Of a stretch of DNA of 64,000 bases, positions 50,059-58,819 are shown one piece after another. Position 1 is the stretch's first letter, and each line of letters opens with the position of its first letter. The notes under the pieces are model-generated. The model saw nothing but the letters and a program-made list of their open reading frames with translations. It did not search any database and had not been told where the DNA came from. The stretch covers positions 207,291 to 271,290 of the IMG/VR virus record IMGVR_UViG_3300034117_002447. One strand, given 5' to 3'. A program made the translations under genes and the position numbers.

Positions 50059-50364
50059 ATGGCAAGTTCTAAAAAACAAACCGCGACTGTAGTTGAAGAA
50101 ATCAAGAGTGCACCGGCTGACCAAGTTCAGCCGGATGCTGCTCCGATTGCAACACTACTTTCTTCAATCAGTTATACTAATCAAGCTGATTACGATAACT
50201 TCTTAGCTAATTTAACACCAGAACATTCAGTAATCGTTTTGATTTCCGCAGCTAATCACTGTCAGTCAAAGGGTATATTTACATTGGATGAAGCTGAGTT
50301 AATTGCTAAGTCAATTAAAACACTAAGTGTTCAGCCGGAACAAGCTGACGCTCCAAAACCTTAA
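50059..50364 (+). CDS. Hypothetical protein (101 aa)
   Basis: ATG ORF packed between the SSB and exonuclease genes. Confidence 0.75.
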   Translation: MASSKKQTATVVEEIKSAPADQVQPDAAPIATLLSSISYTNQADYDNFLANLTPEHSVIVLISAANHCQSKGIFTLDEAELIAKSIKTLSVQPEQADAPKP

Positions 50365-50367
50365 ACT

Positions 50368-51477
50368 ATGAATTTAATCATTGACGGAAATGCGTTTCTG
50401 AATGTCGCAGTAAGTATCGCAAAAAATATATTAGCTAACGATAAGAGAGTTGGCGAAAAGTATTATGTCAATGACTTATTAAATGACGATAAGTTTATTC
50501 TAAAGCAGGTAAGCAAAGATACATTTAGACAATTTTCTGTAAATTACTTTGGCAGCATTCTTGCTCCATTTAAGGAAAACATCAGTTCAGTATTTTTTGT
50601 ATTTGACTCTAAGAGTTGGAGAAAGAAATATATCAAAGAACATTTTGAAACACACGGAGAAGGGGATTTCAGTTATAAAGGTCAAAGAAAATACGATGAT
50701 AAAATTTATCTGTTCTTTGAATACTTTCAAAATGAAATTCTAAGTACAATATCTGACGATTATGGAGTTGTAGTAAACCGTGTTCCTGGAGCAGAAGGTG
50801 ATGATTTAATTGCTTACATTTGCGAAAATTTAAAAGAAGATATTTGTATTTGGTCAGTAGACAAAGACTTAACCCAGTTACTTGAAAGTGACAAACGTAA
50901 AGTTATTTTGATTATGCCTAAGCAAATGACGAAATACAAAAAGATCTACACAACTGAAGATTTCGGTAAAGTTGAACCCGCTGAAGTTGACCTTTTTAAT
51001 TTTGATATTGACTCAATAGACAATTCAGCTGTAACTAACATAATCAACGACTTAACTCAAAAGGACTATCAACACTTAACCGTTGATCCAACTTTAGATA
51101 TCTTAGTTAAGTGTTTAGCGGGTGATGCATCAGACAATATTCCAAGAGTCCATCCCAAGATGACAGCCTCTAAAGTAACAAAAATTGTCGAATACGTAAA
51201 GCAATCGCTTCAATGGAAAGACGTTATTTACTTCATTGATTCAGGTGATCTAGGTTTCATGGATTTATTACGTGAAGTAACATGTGAAGTCCTTAAAATA
51301 AAGGAACCTGGTGAATGGCTGACGATCGAGAACAACCTTAATCGTAACAAGACCTTAATCAGATTAAGTACAGCAGTTTTTCCAAAAGACGTACTTGATG
51401 CAATTAAAGAAAACGTTGACTTGACTACTCGTAGAAAATTCAATTACTACCAATTCAAAAAAAATTACAAGAATTAA
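50368..51477 (+). CDS. 5'-3' exonuclease / flap endonuclease (T4 RNase H-like)
   Basis: IIDGN, VFDSKSWRK, YKGQRK, EGDDLIA, SVDKDLTQL, LAGDASDNIP. Confidence 0.9.
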   Translation: MNLIIDGNAFLNVAVSIAKNILANDKRVGEKYYVNDLLNDDKFILKQVSKDTFRQFSVNYFGSILAPFKENISSVFFVFDSKSWRKKYIKEHFETHGEGDFSYKGQRKYDDKIYLFFEYFQNEILSTISDDYGVVVNRVPGAEGDDLIAYICENLKEDICIWSVDKDLTQLLESDKRKVILIMPKQMTKYKKIYTTEDFGKVEPAEVDLFNFDIDSIDNSAVTNIINDLTQKDYQHLTVDPTLDILVKCLAGDASDNIPRVHPKMTASKVTKIVEYVKQSLQWKDVIYFIDSGDLGFMDLLREVTCEVLKIKEPGEWLTIENNLNRNKTLIRLSTAVFPKDVLDAIKENVDLTTRRKFNYYQFKKNYKN

Positions 51478-51809
51478 TGAGTACACCAATCAAAGGAGGA
51501 TTTATTCCTCTATTCGAAAGAATATTAGTTTTACCGGACTCAGTAGAGTCTAAAACTGAAACAGGCATCATTTTATCAGTTGATGCTAGAAAAAGACCCA
51601 ATACCGGAGTAGTAATTGCAGTAGGCCATCTGGTTTCCAGTAATTCAGGTTGCCCAATCAAAGAAGGCGATCGAGTTTTATATCAACGATACTCAGGACT
51701 TGACGTCCAGTGGGACGGTACTAACTACCACATCATTATGGCAAACGATCTTGTCGCCATTATAAACAAAGACGAGACTACACAATTTGAACTTAAAGAA
51801 AATGCTTAA
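51477..51809 (+). CDS. groS: Co-chaperonin GroES
   Basis: PLFERILV...KTETGIIL mobile loop, GVVIAVG, KEGDRVLY..YSG, DLVAII. Confidence 0.92.
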   Translation: MSTPIKGGFIPLFERILVLPDSVESKTETGIILSVDARKRPNTGVVIAVGHLVSSNSGCPIKEGDRVLYQRYSGLDVQWDGTNYHIIMANDLVAIINKDETTQFELKENA

Positions 51810-52374
51810 GAAATTTAAACAATTCGTAAACGAAGGTAAAGAGGGTAAATATCGAGTGTTCTGTGATTTAGATGGAGTCCTTGTCGATTTTGATAGAGGC
51901 TTTCAAGATATTGAAGAAAACACTGAAAATCTTTCACCTAAGGAATACGAAAAGAAAAACGGAAAGAACTCAATTTGGCCATTACTGGATAAGTTAGGAG
52001 CAGACTTCTGGGCTAACCTACAATGGACCAAAGACGGCAGAGAATTATGGGATTACTTACAAAGATATGACCCAATTTTATTATCTGCACCAAGCCGTAG
52101 TCCTGAGTGTCTTATTGGTAAGACTCGTTGGGTAAATTCAAATTTAGGAATTGACCAAGAGCCAGTAACTGACCCAGCGGATATGACTCCTGATACTAGG
52201 CTTGTTCTAGATCAAGACAAATGGAAGTACGCAACTAGCGAAAAAGACATTCTAATCGACGATTTTAAAAAGAAATTGGAGAAATGGATTGAGCACGGCG
52301 GAACGGGTATCTTACATAACGATTCAACTGATACAGTTAGAGTTATGGAAGAGATCATGACCGGTCGTGACTAA
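51802..52374 (+). CDS. HAD-superfamily phosphatase (5'(3')-deoxyribonucleotidase-like) with a capsid-targeting-like leader
   Basis: FCDLDGVLVDFD (motif I), LSAP, ILIDD (motif IV). ATG start MLKKFKQFVNE-G overlaps the groES stop. Confidence 0.8.
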   Translation: MLKKFKQFVNEGKEGKYRVFCDLDGVLVDFDRGFQDIEENTENLSPKEYEKKNGKNSIWPLLDKLGADFWANLQWTKDGRELWDYLQRYDPILLSAPSRSPECLIGKTRWVNSNLGIDQEPVTDPADMTPDTRLVLDQDKWKYATSEKDILIDDFKKKLEKWIEHGGTGILHNDSTDTVRVMEEIMTGRD

Positions 52375-52428
52375 TAGTTCTTGGACTTAAACCAAGTGGT
52401 GGAATTCGACTTCCAAGTCGGCCCTAAC

Positions 52429-52461
52429 AAAAAAAGGACTCTATTACTAGAGTCCTTTTTT
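52429..52461. terminator. Bidirectional intrinsic terminator between the convergent HAD and sheath genes
   Basis: AAAAAAAGGACTCTA-TTAC-TAGAGTCCTTTTTT, with a T-tract on both strands. Confidence 0.85.
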
Positions 52462-52479
52462 ATTTTATTAATGTATTCC

Positions 52480-55400
52480 TTAGAATGAAGGAGTAAATCC
52501 TGTTGAGTTAGAAGCCAATTGACCTCCAGCTCTTGTGATTGTAATACGATTGATGAACTTGTGAATACCTCTTGGGAAGTCAACGATAATATCGATGATA
52601 CCTGCATTGTTTTCAAGAACTTCAGGACCGTTATTTGAATCATCAAATACAATATCGAAAGTTGCAATACCTCTAGCGTCTTGAACTGCAGTTAAGTAGT
52701 TTTTAACTAGAGTTTTAACTCTTAATCGTGTAGTAGGATCATTGAATTCAAATAAGAAGTTCAATAAGATTCTCTCAACGTCTCTTTCGATTGTTACTAA
52801 TGCCTCTCTAACGTGAACGTTATTAAGTGCTGATCTTACTCTTTGATAACCTGTGTTATTAGAGAAAATCATTACTCCAAAACCTCTACGTCTAACAATT
52901 AAGTTAAATCCAACAGGCTCTAAGTAAGCGCGATCGTCATCAGTTAAATCGTATTCAAGTCCAGTAACTTCAGCTTCTGTAATAATACCTCTTTTACCAG
53001 CAACGATAGAGAAAGTATTTCCACTTGAGTATTTCTTCATGTACGTGTTAGCAACGAACGCTGCAGGCGGAATAGATTTGTTTTTACCTCCTTCGAAAAT
53101 TAACAAGTTAGGCATAAAGTATGCAGCGTAAGTAGAGATTGCAATACCATTTTTATCTCCAGTTGCAAATCCAAAAGTAAATGCTGGGTTAGAAGATAAA
53201 TTACCACCAGTTGAAATGTATTCAGCTGATACTAAGTTAGTATTAAAATCAATAAAGCTTGGGTCACTTGATTTTTCGTATTGTGCTAAAGATGGAGCAT
53301 TACAGATAGCTAACGCTTTTCCGTGATTTGCTGCAAGTTGAACAAGTTGTTGTTTTGATGCATTTGAAATTTGACCTTCATACGAATCAATAATATAACG
53401 ATAATCAAGAGTCTCATTATCCGCTAGAGTTGATGCAATATTAGTTGAATCAAACATATAGTCAAGAATTTCATCTTGTCTAGAAGCTGTACCGTTTGGA
53501 TAAAGAGCAGTCTCATCAACTACCATTGCTGGAACGTGGAAACCTCGTAAATTAGTTACGTAATTTTTAATTCCTTTATAAACCTTAACGGTTTGACCAG
53601 TAAGATCAATTCCTTGAACATTAGCATCGTATGCATTATCTACCGTAATCGTGTACTTTAAAGTTTTAGTAGGAGTACTAGAAGGTCCAACTGGAACTGA
53701 TATTAGTTGAGCGTAAACTGATTTAATTTTTAAAACTCGATCTCTAATTACATTATCACCATTCGCATCAGTTGCGATCTTAGCTTTAATGTATTGACCT
53801 GGTACAAAGAACCCATCAATTAATGCTCTGCGTGCTGAGTCGTACGCTAAATTAACAGTTTCTTTCTTAGCCACATTTCCATAAAGATTCGTATTCAATG
53901 TGAACACTAATTGATTTGGAGAAAAATACTGATAGTTATTTGCTCCAACTGTATTAAAGAAAGCTGAACTAGTTAAGTCAAACTCATAATTAAATTGGTT
54001 AACTACCGTTGATTTAATGTGTAATAATTCAAGCGCTCCATCTGTGATGTATTGAGCATCTACTTGATTAGTTCTAGTTATATCCGAATATGCTGTAAAT
54101 TCAATATACTTAATTTGACCAGTAGTTTGAGTTTTAACTAAGTTGTCAGTTCCTAAATATAGAGTAGTAGGAGTACTAGACGGTGCAGCTAAATAGTGTA
54201 AAGTATCTCCAGCTTTAACAAATCCATTTGCCCATGCTTCATATAATTTACTTCCTTGAGTAGCCGTAATATAGAGGTCTCCACCTGTATTCATTGTGTA
54301 TGTTTCACCAGCTGCTAAAGTAGTTGAGTGAGCAAGACCGTCTAACTCAAAGTAGTATTCGTATCCAGCTGATTTTTTGTAACTTAACACGTCGATTAGA
54401 GCAATTGGATCAGTTCCGCTTATTCCATTATCTACAGTGTATAGTGTTTTACTACCATCAGTTGTATTAAGCTCACCAAATCCGTGACCTACTAAATCAA
54501 TACGCTGTTGTGCAATAGGTTCAGTTGAACTACCGCTATTAAACGTAGAGCTAGTTAAGTCAATTAAGTCTACTTTTTTGTAGTCAATTGCACAAAATAC
54601 GTTAGAGCTACTGAATTTTCTATTAAACAGTGTATCTAATGATGCAGTTGATCCAGCCAAATCCTTAAAGTCAGGAATGATTGCTCCAATTGTACGATTA
54701 ACTACAACAACATCTCTTAGTGATAAAAAGTCGTCCAGTTTAGAAAGAATGATTCCGTTTGCTGTAAAGTACTGTCTGTAAATAGGGTCAGTCGACAAAC
54801 GAATATAGTCAGTCCAATCACCATCAACTACTGCAAGCTCAACAAAGTAATCTGCAACATAATCGTCCGGGTGTAAAAATTCTGGAACTTCTACTCGGTC
54901 TCCTAATAGTTGATAGTATTCTTTAACTTTAATATCATAACCAGTAGTATCAGCAATTCTTGCCCATGCAGTAACTGCTTTCTTAGAAAGATTTACTAAA
55001 CTTAAGATTTTGTTAGCATCCTTGTCTATTGTTCCAGTCGCAGGGAACGTATCACCTAACGCAAGATTTTTGTATTTGTTAACCGCATCAACATCAGCGA
55101 ACCACAATTTTTGAGTATTATAGAATCTTGAAATGCTATCTTGATAAAGATTTGCCGACCACGTTGAATTGTTAGATGCTGACTCAGTATTAAATGTTGT
55201 AAAGTATGCAACATCTGTGTCAGCAATCGGTAACAAGTTTAAAGCGTAAACTGGGCCTTGACGTAAAGCAACATCAATAGTTCTGTGGAAAAAGCTTCCG
55301 TTTTTTTCCAATTTAGTGTCAGTCTCACCATATACAGCGGATAGTGAACGATTGTCATTCACTAATACTACTGAATTGATAGGTCCTTTTTTGCTAGAGC

Positions 55401-55512
55401 CGATTACTAATCTTCCAGTTGAAAGAGGTAAGCTAAGGTTAGTGCTTTCGTCAATTTCTACCGTATAGACACCACTTGCTTTGTATCGGTTCAGATTTAA
55501 TTTTTCTGCCAT
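52480..55512 (-). CDS. Contractile tail sheath protein (T4 gp18-like, 1010 aa)
   Basis: N-terminal SGVYTVEIDES...GSSKKGP; C-terminal SALNNVHVRE...FLFEFND..TR...DDSNN.PEV. Confidence 0.92.
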   Translation of the reverse strand: MAEKLNLNRYKASGVYTVEIDESTNLSLPLSTGRLVIGSSKKGPINSVVLVNDNRSLSAVYGETDTKLEKNGSFFHRTIDVALRQGPVYALNLLPIADTDVAYFTTFNTESASNNSTWSANLYQDSISRFYNTQKLWFADVDAVNKYKNLALGDTFPATGTIDKDANKILSLVNLSKKAVTAWARIADTTGYDIKVKEYYQLLGDRVEVPEFLHPDDYVADYFVELAVVDGDWTDYIRLSTDPIYRQYFTANGIILSKLDDFLSLRDVVVVNRTIGAIIPDFKDLAGSTASLDTLFNRKFSSSNVFCAIDYKKVDLIDLTSSTFNSGSSTEPIAQQRIDLVGHGFGELNTTDGSKTLYTVDNGISGTDPIALIDVLSYKKSAGYEYYFELDGLAHSTTLAAGETYTMNTGGDLYITATQGSKLYEAWANGFVKAGDTLHYLAAPSSTPTTLYLGTDNLVKTQTTGQIKYIEFTAYSDITRTNQVDAQYITDGALELLHIKSTVVNQFNYEFDLTSSAFFNTVGANNYQYFSPNQLVFTLNTNLYGNVAKKETVNLAYDSARRALIDGFFVPGQYIKAKIATDANGDNVIRDRVLKIKSVYAQLISVPVGPSSTPTKTLKYTITVDNAYDANVQGIDLTGQTVKVYKGIKNYVTNLRGFHVPAMVVDETALYPNGTASRQDEILDYMFDSTNIASTLADNETLDYRYIIDSYEGQISNASKQQLVQLAANHGKALAICNAPSLAQYEKSSDPSFIDFNTNLVSAEYISTGGNLSSNPAFTFGFATGDKNGIAISTYAAYFMPNLLIFEGGKNKSIPPAAFVANTYMKKYSSGNTFSIVAGKRGIITEAEVTGLEYDLTDDDRAYLEPVGFNLIVRRRGFGVMIFSNNTGYQRVRSALNNVHVREALVTIERDVERILLNFLFEFNDPTTRLRVKTLVKNYLTAVQDARGIATFDIVFDDSNNGPEVLENNAGIIDIIVDFPRGIHKFINRITITRAGGQLASNSTGFTPSF

Positions 55513-55535
55513 CGAGTTTGCGTATTATTTTAAGT

Positions 55536-55607
55536 TATTTATTTATCGCATTAGTCCCAAATTCATAACTTTTGAACTTGGTCTAGTTGTTGCTACTGTT
55601 ATTTATC
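55536..55607 (-). promoter_or_regulatory. Tandem late promoters for the tail sheath (GATAAATA at 55540-55547 and 55600-55607)
   Basis: Two GATAAATA boxes (the first overlapping AATAAATA) upstream of the sheath ATG. Confidence 0.65.
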
Positions 55608-55628
55608 AGTATTATTCTAACTAAACTT

Positions 55629-55655
55629 AAACCTTTTTCACTTTTAGGGTAAAAG
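55629..55655 (+). promoter_or_regulatory. AAACC-N16-TAAAAG promoter (dUTPase/polymerase operon)
   Basis: Member of the eight-copy motif. Confidence 0.55.
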
Positions 55656-55676
55656 ATCCTGTAAAACTACATAAAT

Positions 55677-56156
55677 ATGGCAAATACAGACAACTCGTGT
55701 GCAAAATTAGAAATTAAAGATCACTGGTCAGACAGAACAGAAGTGAACGAAGACACATTAGGCCAAATCATGGACATTCAGGCTGATACACAAAAGAATG
55801 TTTACGGGTATGACTTTGCCAACATGAATCTTAGGGAGCTTATGACCTTTTGGCACATGAATAACCATGCAATGATAGATGAGATCCACGAAGCAACCGA
55901 TGCATTAGGTGGAATCAATGACGGTTCAGGTAATGCTATTTGGAAGCGTTGGAAATCCGCACATGAAGGCTACTCAGATAAAAAGTTCTCAGATTTATCA
56001 GAGTCTGATCAGCTTGAGTGCAAATTTGAAATAATTGATATGCTACACTTCTTTATGAACTATGCAGTATCAGTAGGAATGACTTCTCAGGAAATGTTCA
56101 ATATGTACATGTCTAAGAATGAGGAGAACAAGGCTCGCCAACAGAGAGGTTATTAA
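55677..56156 (+). CDS. Dimeric all-alpha dUTPase/dCTPase (T4 gp56-like)
   Basis: DEIHE...WKRWK...EIIDMLHF...Y..KNEEN..RQ..GY. Confidence 0.85.
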   Translation: MANTDNSCAKLEIKDHWSDRTEVNEDTLGQIMDIQADTQKNVYGYDFANMNLRELMTFWHMNNHAMIDEIHEATDALGGINDGSGNAIWKRWKSAHEGYSDKKFSDLSESDQLECKFEIIDMLHFFMNYAVSVGMTSQEMFNMYMSKNEENKARQQRGY

Positions 56157-56174
56157 TTTAGTAAAATATACAAT

Positions 56175-57557
56175 ATGATTGTAAGTACAGAATTTCACAC
56201 AGAAGACTCAGCTCTTCTAATCTCATATTATAAACCAGATGGAAATATCGGATTCATGAAGAAACCAATACTTCCGCATGACCTGTACAACTGGAATCTA
56301 ACGCCAACTCCAACTGAACATAGAAATTGGGATGGAAGATTCCTAAAGAAGGTTCAAGGAAAATGGTTAAGTCGATTTAGGCTTGAAGAGTTAACTCAAA
56401 CTAGGTTAGCCGAAACTGAGCTCGCTTCAATTTATTCAGATGATAGCCCAAAGAAATACTATCTGGATATTGAGATTCAGCTTATTTCTCAAGATTTCCC
56501 AGATCCAGCTAAAGCCGCAATGCCGGTTAATATGATTACTTTCGTAAATGAAGATAACGTATGTTTCGTAATGTCAACTATGCGAGATCTTGCACCTGAT
56601 GTAGTTACTCGACTAGAAGACGAAGTAAATGATTATTTTAAAGCGCATGAGCAAACGTTCGTAGTTAAGCACCTATTCTTTGAACATGAAGAAGACTTAA
56701 TGAAAACTTTCTTTCACAAAGTTCTTCCAAAGATTCCTTTCTTAACAGGCTGGAACGTAATTGGATTTGACTGGTTGTATTTAATTAATCGTTGTAAGAA
56801 TTTAGGAATTGAACCAATGTTAAACATGCCTTCTAAAACCCTAATCGGCAAGGCCAAAATGCCAGTTCACTTAGGACTTCTGGATTACATGGAAGTGTTT
56901 ATGAATACTAAACCTTACAAAGTAGTTGAGAATTACAAGTTAGATTACATTGCAAATTTAGTATTAGGAACAACTAAATTACATAGTGAATATGCAACAA
57001 TGATGGAAGCTCAGCAAGACGTTGAGAACTTTACAAAGTATAACATTATCGATACAATTCTAGTTAAACTAATTGAAGATAAGCTTGGATTGCTTGATGT
57101 AGCCTTCGCTATCTCCAAGTTTGCAAAGGTCGATGTATCAAAAGTATTCTCTGCAGTATTCATTACTGAAACTCTAATGTGTCGTGAATTCTTAGAAAGA
57201 GGTTTGTATATGGCAAACGACCGAAGAGAATTAGAAGAAGATGCAACTTACGATGGAGCATACGTCGCTAAGCCTGAACCTGGATATTACAAATACGTTT
57301 CATGTTTTGACTTTGCCTCAATGTATCCCAATATCCAAATCCAATTTAATATTTCACCAGATTCATACGGTGGAAAAATTAAAGCTGGTCAAGAACCTAC
57401 GATTGATCAGGTCTTAACCAAGAACGACACGTTATTTACTAAGAAATACGATTCAGCTGCTCGAACTATTTTAACAAGACTATACAATGGTCGTGTTGAT
57501 ACTAAGGACGAAATGAAAAAATTAGAAGAACAATTGTCCAGTGATAAAGTGGCTTAA
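56175..57557 (+). CDS. Family B DNA polymerase, N-terminal subunit (exonuclease + palm motif A); split gene
   Basis: YLDIE, TGWNVIGFDW, YKLDYIA, YNIIDT, YDGAYV, DFASMYP...NISPDS. Ends in the first fingers helix, without KxxxNSxYG or YGDTDS. Confidence 0.88.
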   Translation: MIVSTEFHTEDSALLISYYKPDGNIGFMKKPILPHDLYNWNLTPTPTEHRNWDGRFLKKVQGKWLSRFRLEELTQTRLAETELASIYSDDSPKKYYLDIEIQLISQDFPDPAKAAMPVNMITFVNEDNVCFVMSTMRDLAPDVVTRLEDEVNDYFKAHEQTFVVKHLFFEHEEDLMKTFFHKVLPKIPFLTGWNVIGFDWLYLINRCKNLGIEPMLNMPSKTLIGKAKMPVHLGLLDYMEVFMNTKPYKVVENYKLDYIANLVLGTTKLHSEYATMMEAQQDVENFTKYNIIDTILVKLIEDKLGLLDVAFAISKFAKVDVSKVFSAVFITETLMCREFLERGLYMANDRRELEEDATYDGAYVAKPEPGYYKYVSCFDFASMYPNIQIQFNISPDSYGGKIKAGQEPTIDQVLTKNDTLFTKKYDSAARTILTRLYNGRVDTKDEMKKLEEQLSSDKVA

Positions 57558-57576
57558 AAAAATAAAAAACATAATT

Positions 57577-58221
57577 ATGAATTACGATATCGAAACGATG
57601 ATGGCTATTAAGAGTAGCTTTCAATCAAATGAGTTTCAATGGATTAAAACAAATGATCCACGAAAAGCTGGTACTATTGTAACCGTTAGGGACGTACTGC
57701 CTGGACGAAACGGTCGATTTCTAGCAGTCCTATCTGATGGAAGTCAAATGGACACAGATGCAGTTTCATCAGACTTAATGATGATCACTGACGACCAGCC
57801 TAGATTATCAATGGCTGAAATCCAGTCAATTAACTACATACCTTCCTTAACTGAAGATATTCAAGTTGCTCCCGAAATTCCTGCTGAATTTGCTAATACG
57901 GTAAAAGAGATTGCACCAGTAGCTAGACCTGCTGAACCAGTTAATCAAACAGCTCTTCGTCAACAAGTTCAAGTAGATCCAAGCGATCTATTTGGAATGT
58001 TTTCATTGGAGGATACTGACCTAAACTTAGCAGTTAGGATTAAACTTCCAAGTAAGAGTCTATTGAAAATGATGTACACTAATTCCAAGAACAAAGAGGA
58101 GTTTTTGACTAAACTGTCAAACTATATAAATAACAGCATAACCGTTGATGCGATTAAGAAAACTATGAAGAAGACTTTAAGCGCATCACCTAAACAAAAA
58201 GGAGTAGCCGCAAATGACTAA
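57577..58221 (+). CDS. Hypothetical protein (~214 aa)
   Basis: ATG at 57577 after an A-rich leader (track start GTG at 57541). Confidence 0.75.
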   Translation: MNYDIETMMAIKSSFQSNEFQWIKTNDPRKAGTIVTVRDVLPGRNGRFLAVLSDGSQMDTDAVSSDLMMITDDQPRLSMAEIQSINYIPSLTEDIQVAPEIPAEFANTVKEIAPVARPAEPVNQTALRQQVQVDPSDLFGMFSLEDTDLNLAVRIKLPSKSLLKMMYTNSKNKEEFLTKLSNYINNSITVDAIKKTMKKTLSASPKQKGVAAND

Positions 58222-58771
58222 TAACGAAACTAGAACCCAAATCGGAAAATTTAAGGTGTTAACTTTAAAAAAGGACCAACATTCAGCCGATTACTTATCA
58301 GATGATCTAGATTATATCTGCATTATTCCATTTGAATTAAGCCCAGATACTAAGTCAATTAAGTCAATATTTTTACTCGAGTCTCCGAATATGGTAAATG
58401 GCCAAACCGGTAATTCATTAGTAATTGACACAGTTAACCCAGATCTAGATAAAACTCCATACGACTCAGTATGTCGAGCTTTAATTGAGGAAGCTGGTTT
58501 AAATATCGATGAGGTTGGACTTACTGAAGACAGTATTTTTTACTTGGGAGATATTTCAATGAATTCTCCAATGTCGCTAAAGATGCACTGTTACGGAGTT
58601 AACCTAACTTCAAAGAACGACATTTCTTTTACTCGAAACCTATCAAAGGACCACTTCACTAAAGATAATTCTAATATAGTGAAAGTCGGATTTCACCAAG
58701 TAGTAAATGGAGACTACTCAGACACAACGGTCCTTTCTGGATCATTTTTATTAATTTCATACTTTAACTAA
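58214..58771 (+). CDS. Nudix-fold protein with a degenerate Nudix box
   Basis: DKTPYDSVCRALIEEAGL resembles the REUxEExGU half of the Nudix box, followed by YLG. Confidence 0.5.
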   Translation: MTNNETRTQIGKFKVLTLKKDQHSADYLSDDLDYICIIPFELSPDTKSIKSIFLLESPNMVNGQTGNSLVIDTVNPDLDKTPYDSVCRALIEEAGLNIDEVGLTEDSIFYLGDISMNSPMSLKMHCYGVNLTSKNDISFTRNLSKDHFTKDNSNIVKVGFHQVVNGDYSDTTVLSGSFLLISYFN

Positions 58772-58797
58772 ACCCATTTTAGTATCCCTTGTAAAAG
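58770..58797 (+). promoter_or_regulatory. AAACC-N17-TAAAAG promoter (uvsX/helicase operon)
   Basis: Member of the motif family, with a 17-nt spacer and the same TAAAAGAT as the 55650 copy. Confidence 0.5.
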
Positions 58798-58819
58798 ATA
58801 CTAAAATAATTTTTACAAC

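Noticed and set aside
52375-52428. Possible tRNA gene
   Set aside because: An anticodon-like arm is present, but there is no acceptor stem, D-arm or canonical T-loop, and loop position 33 is not U.
57500-58221. Frameshift or readthrough joining PolB to the next ORF
   Set aside because: The downstream ORF has no polymerase motif B or C, and no slippery site is evident.
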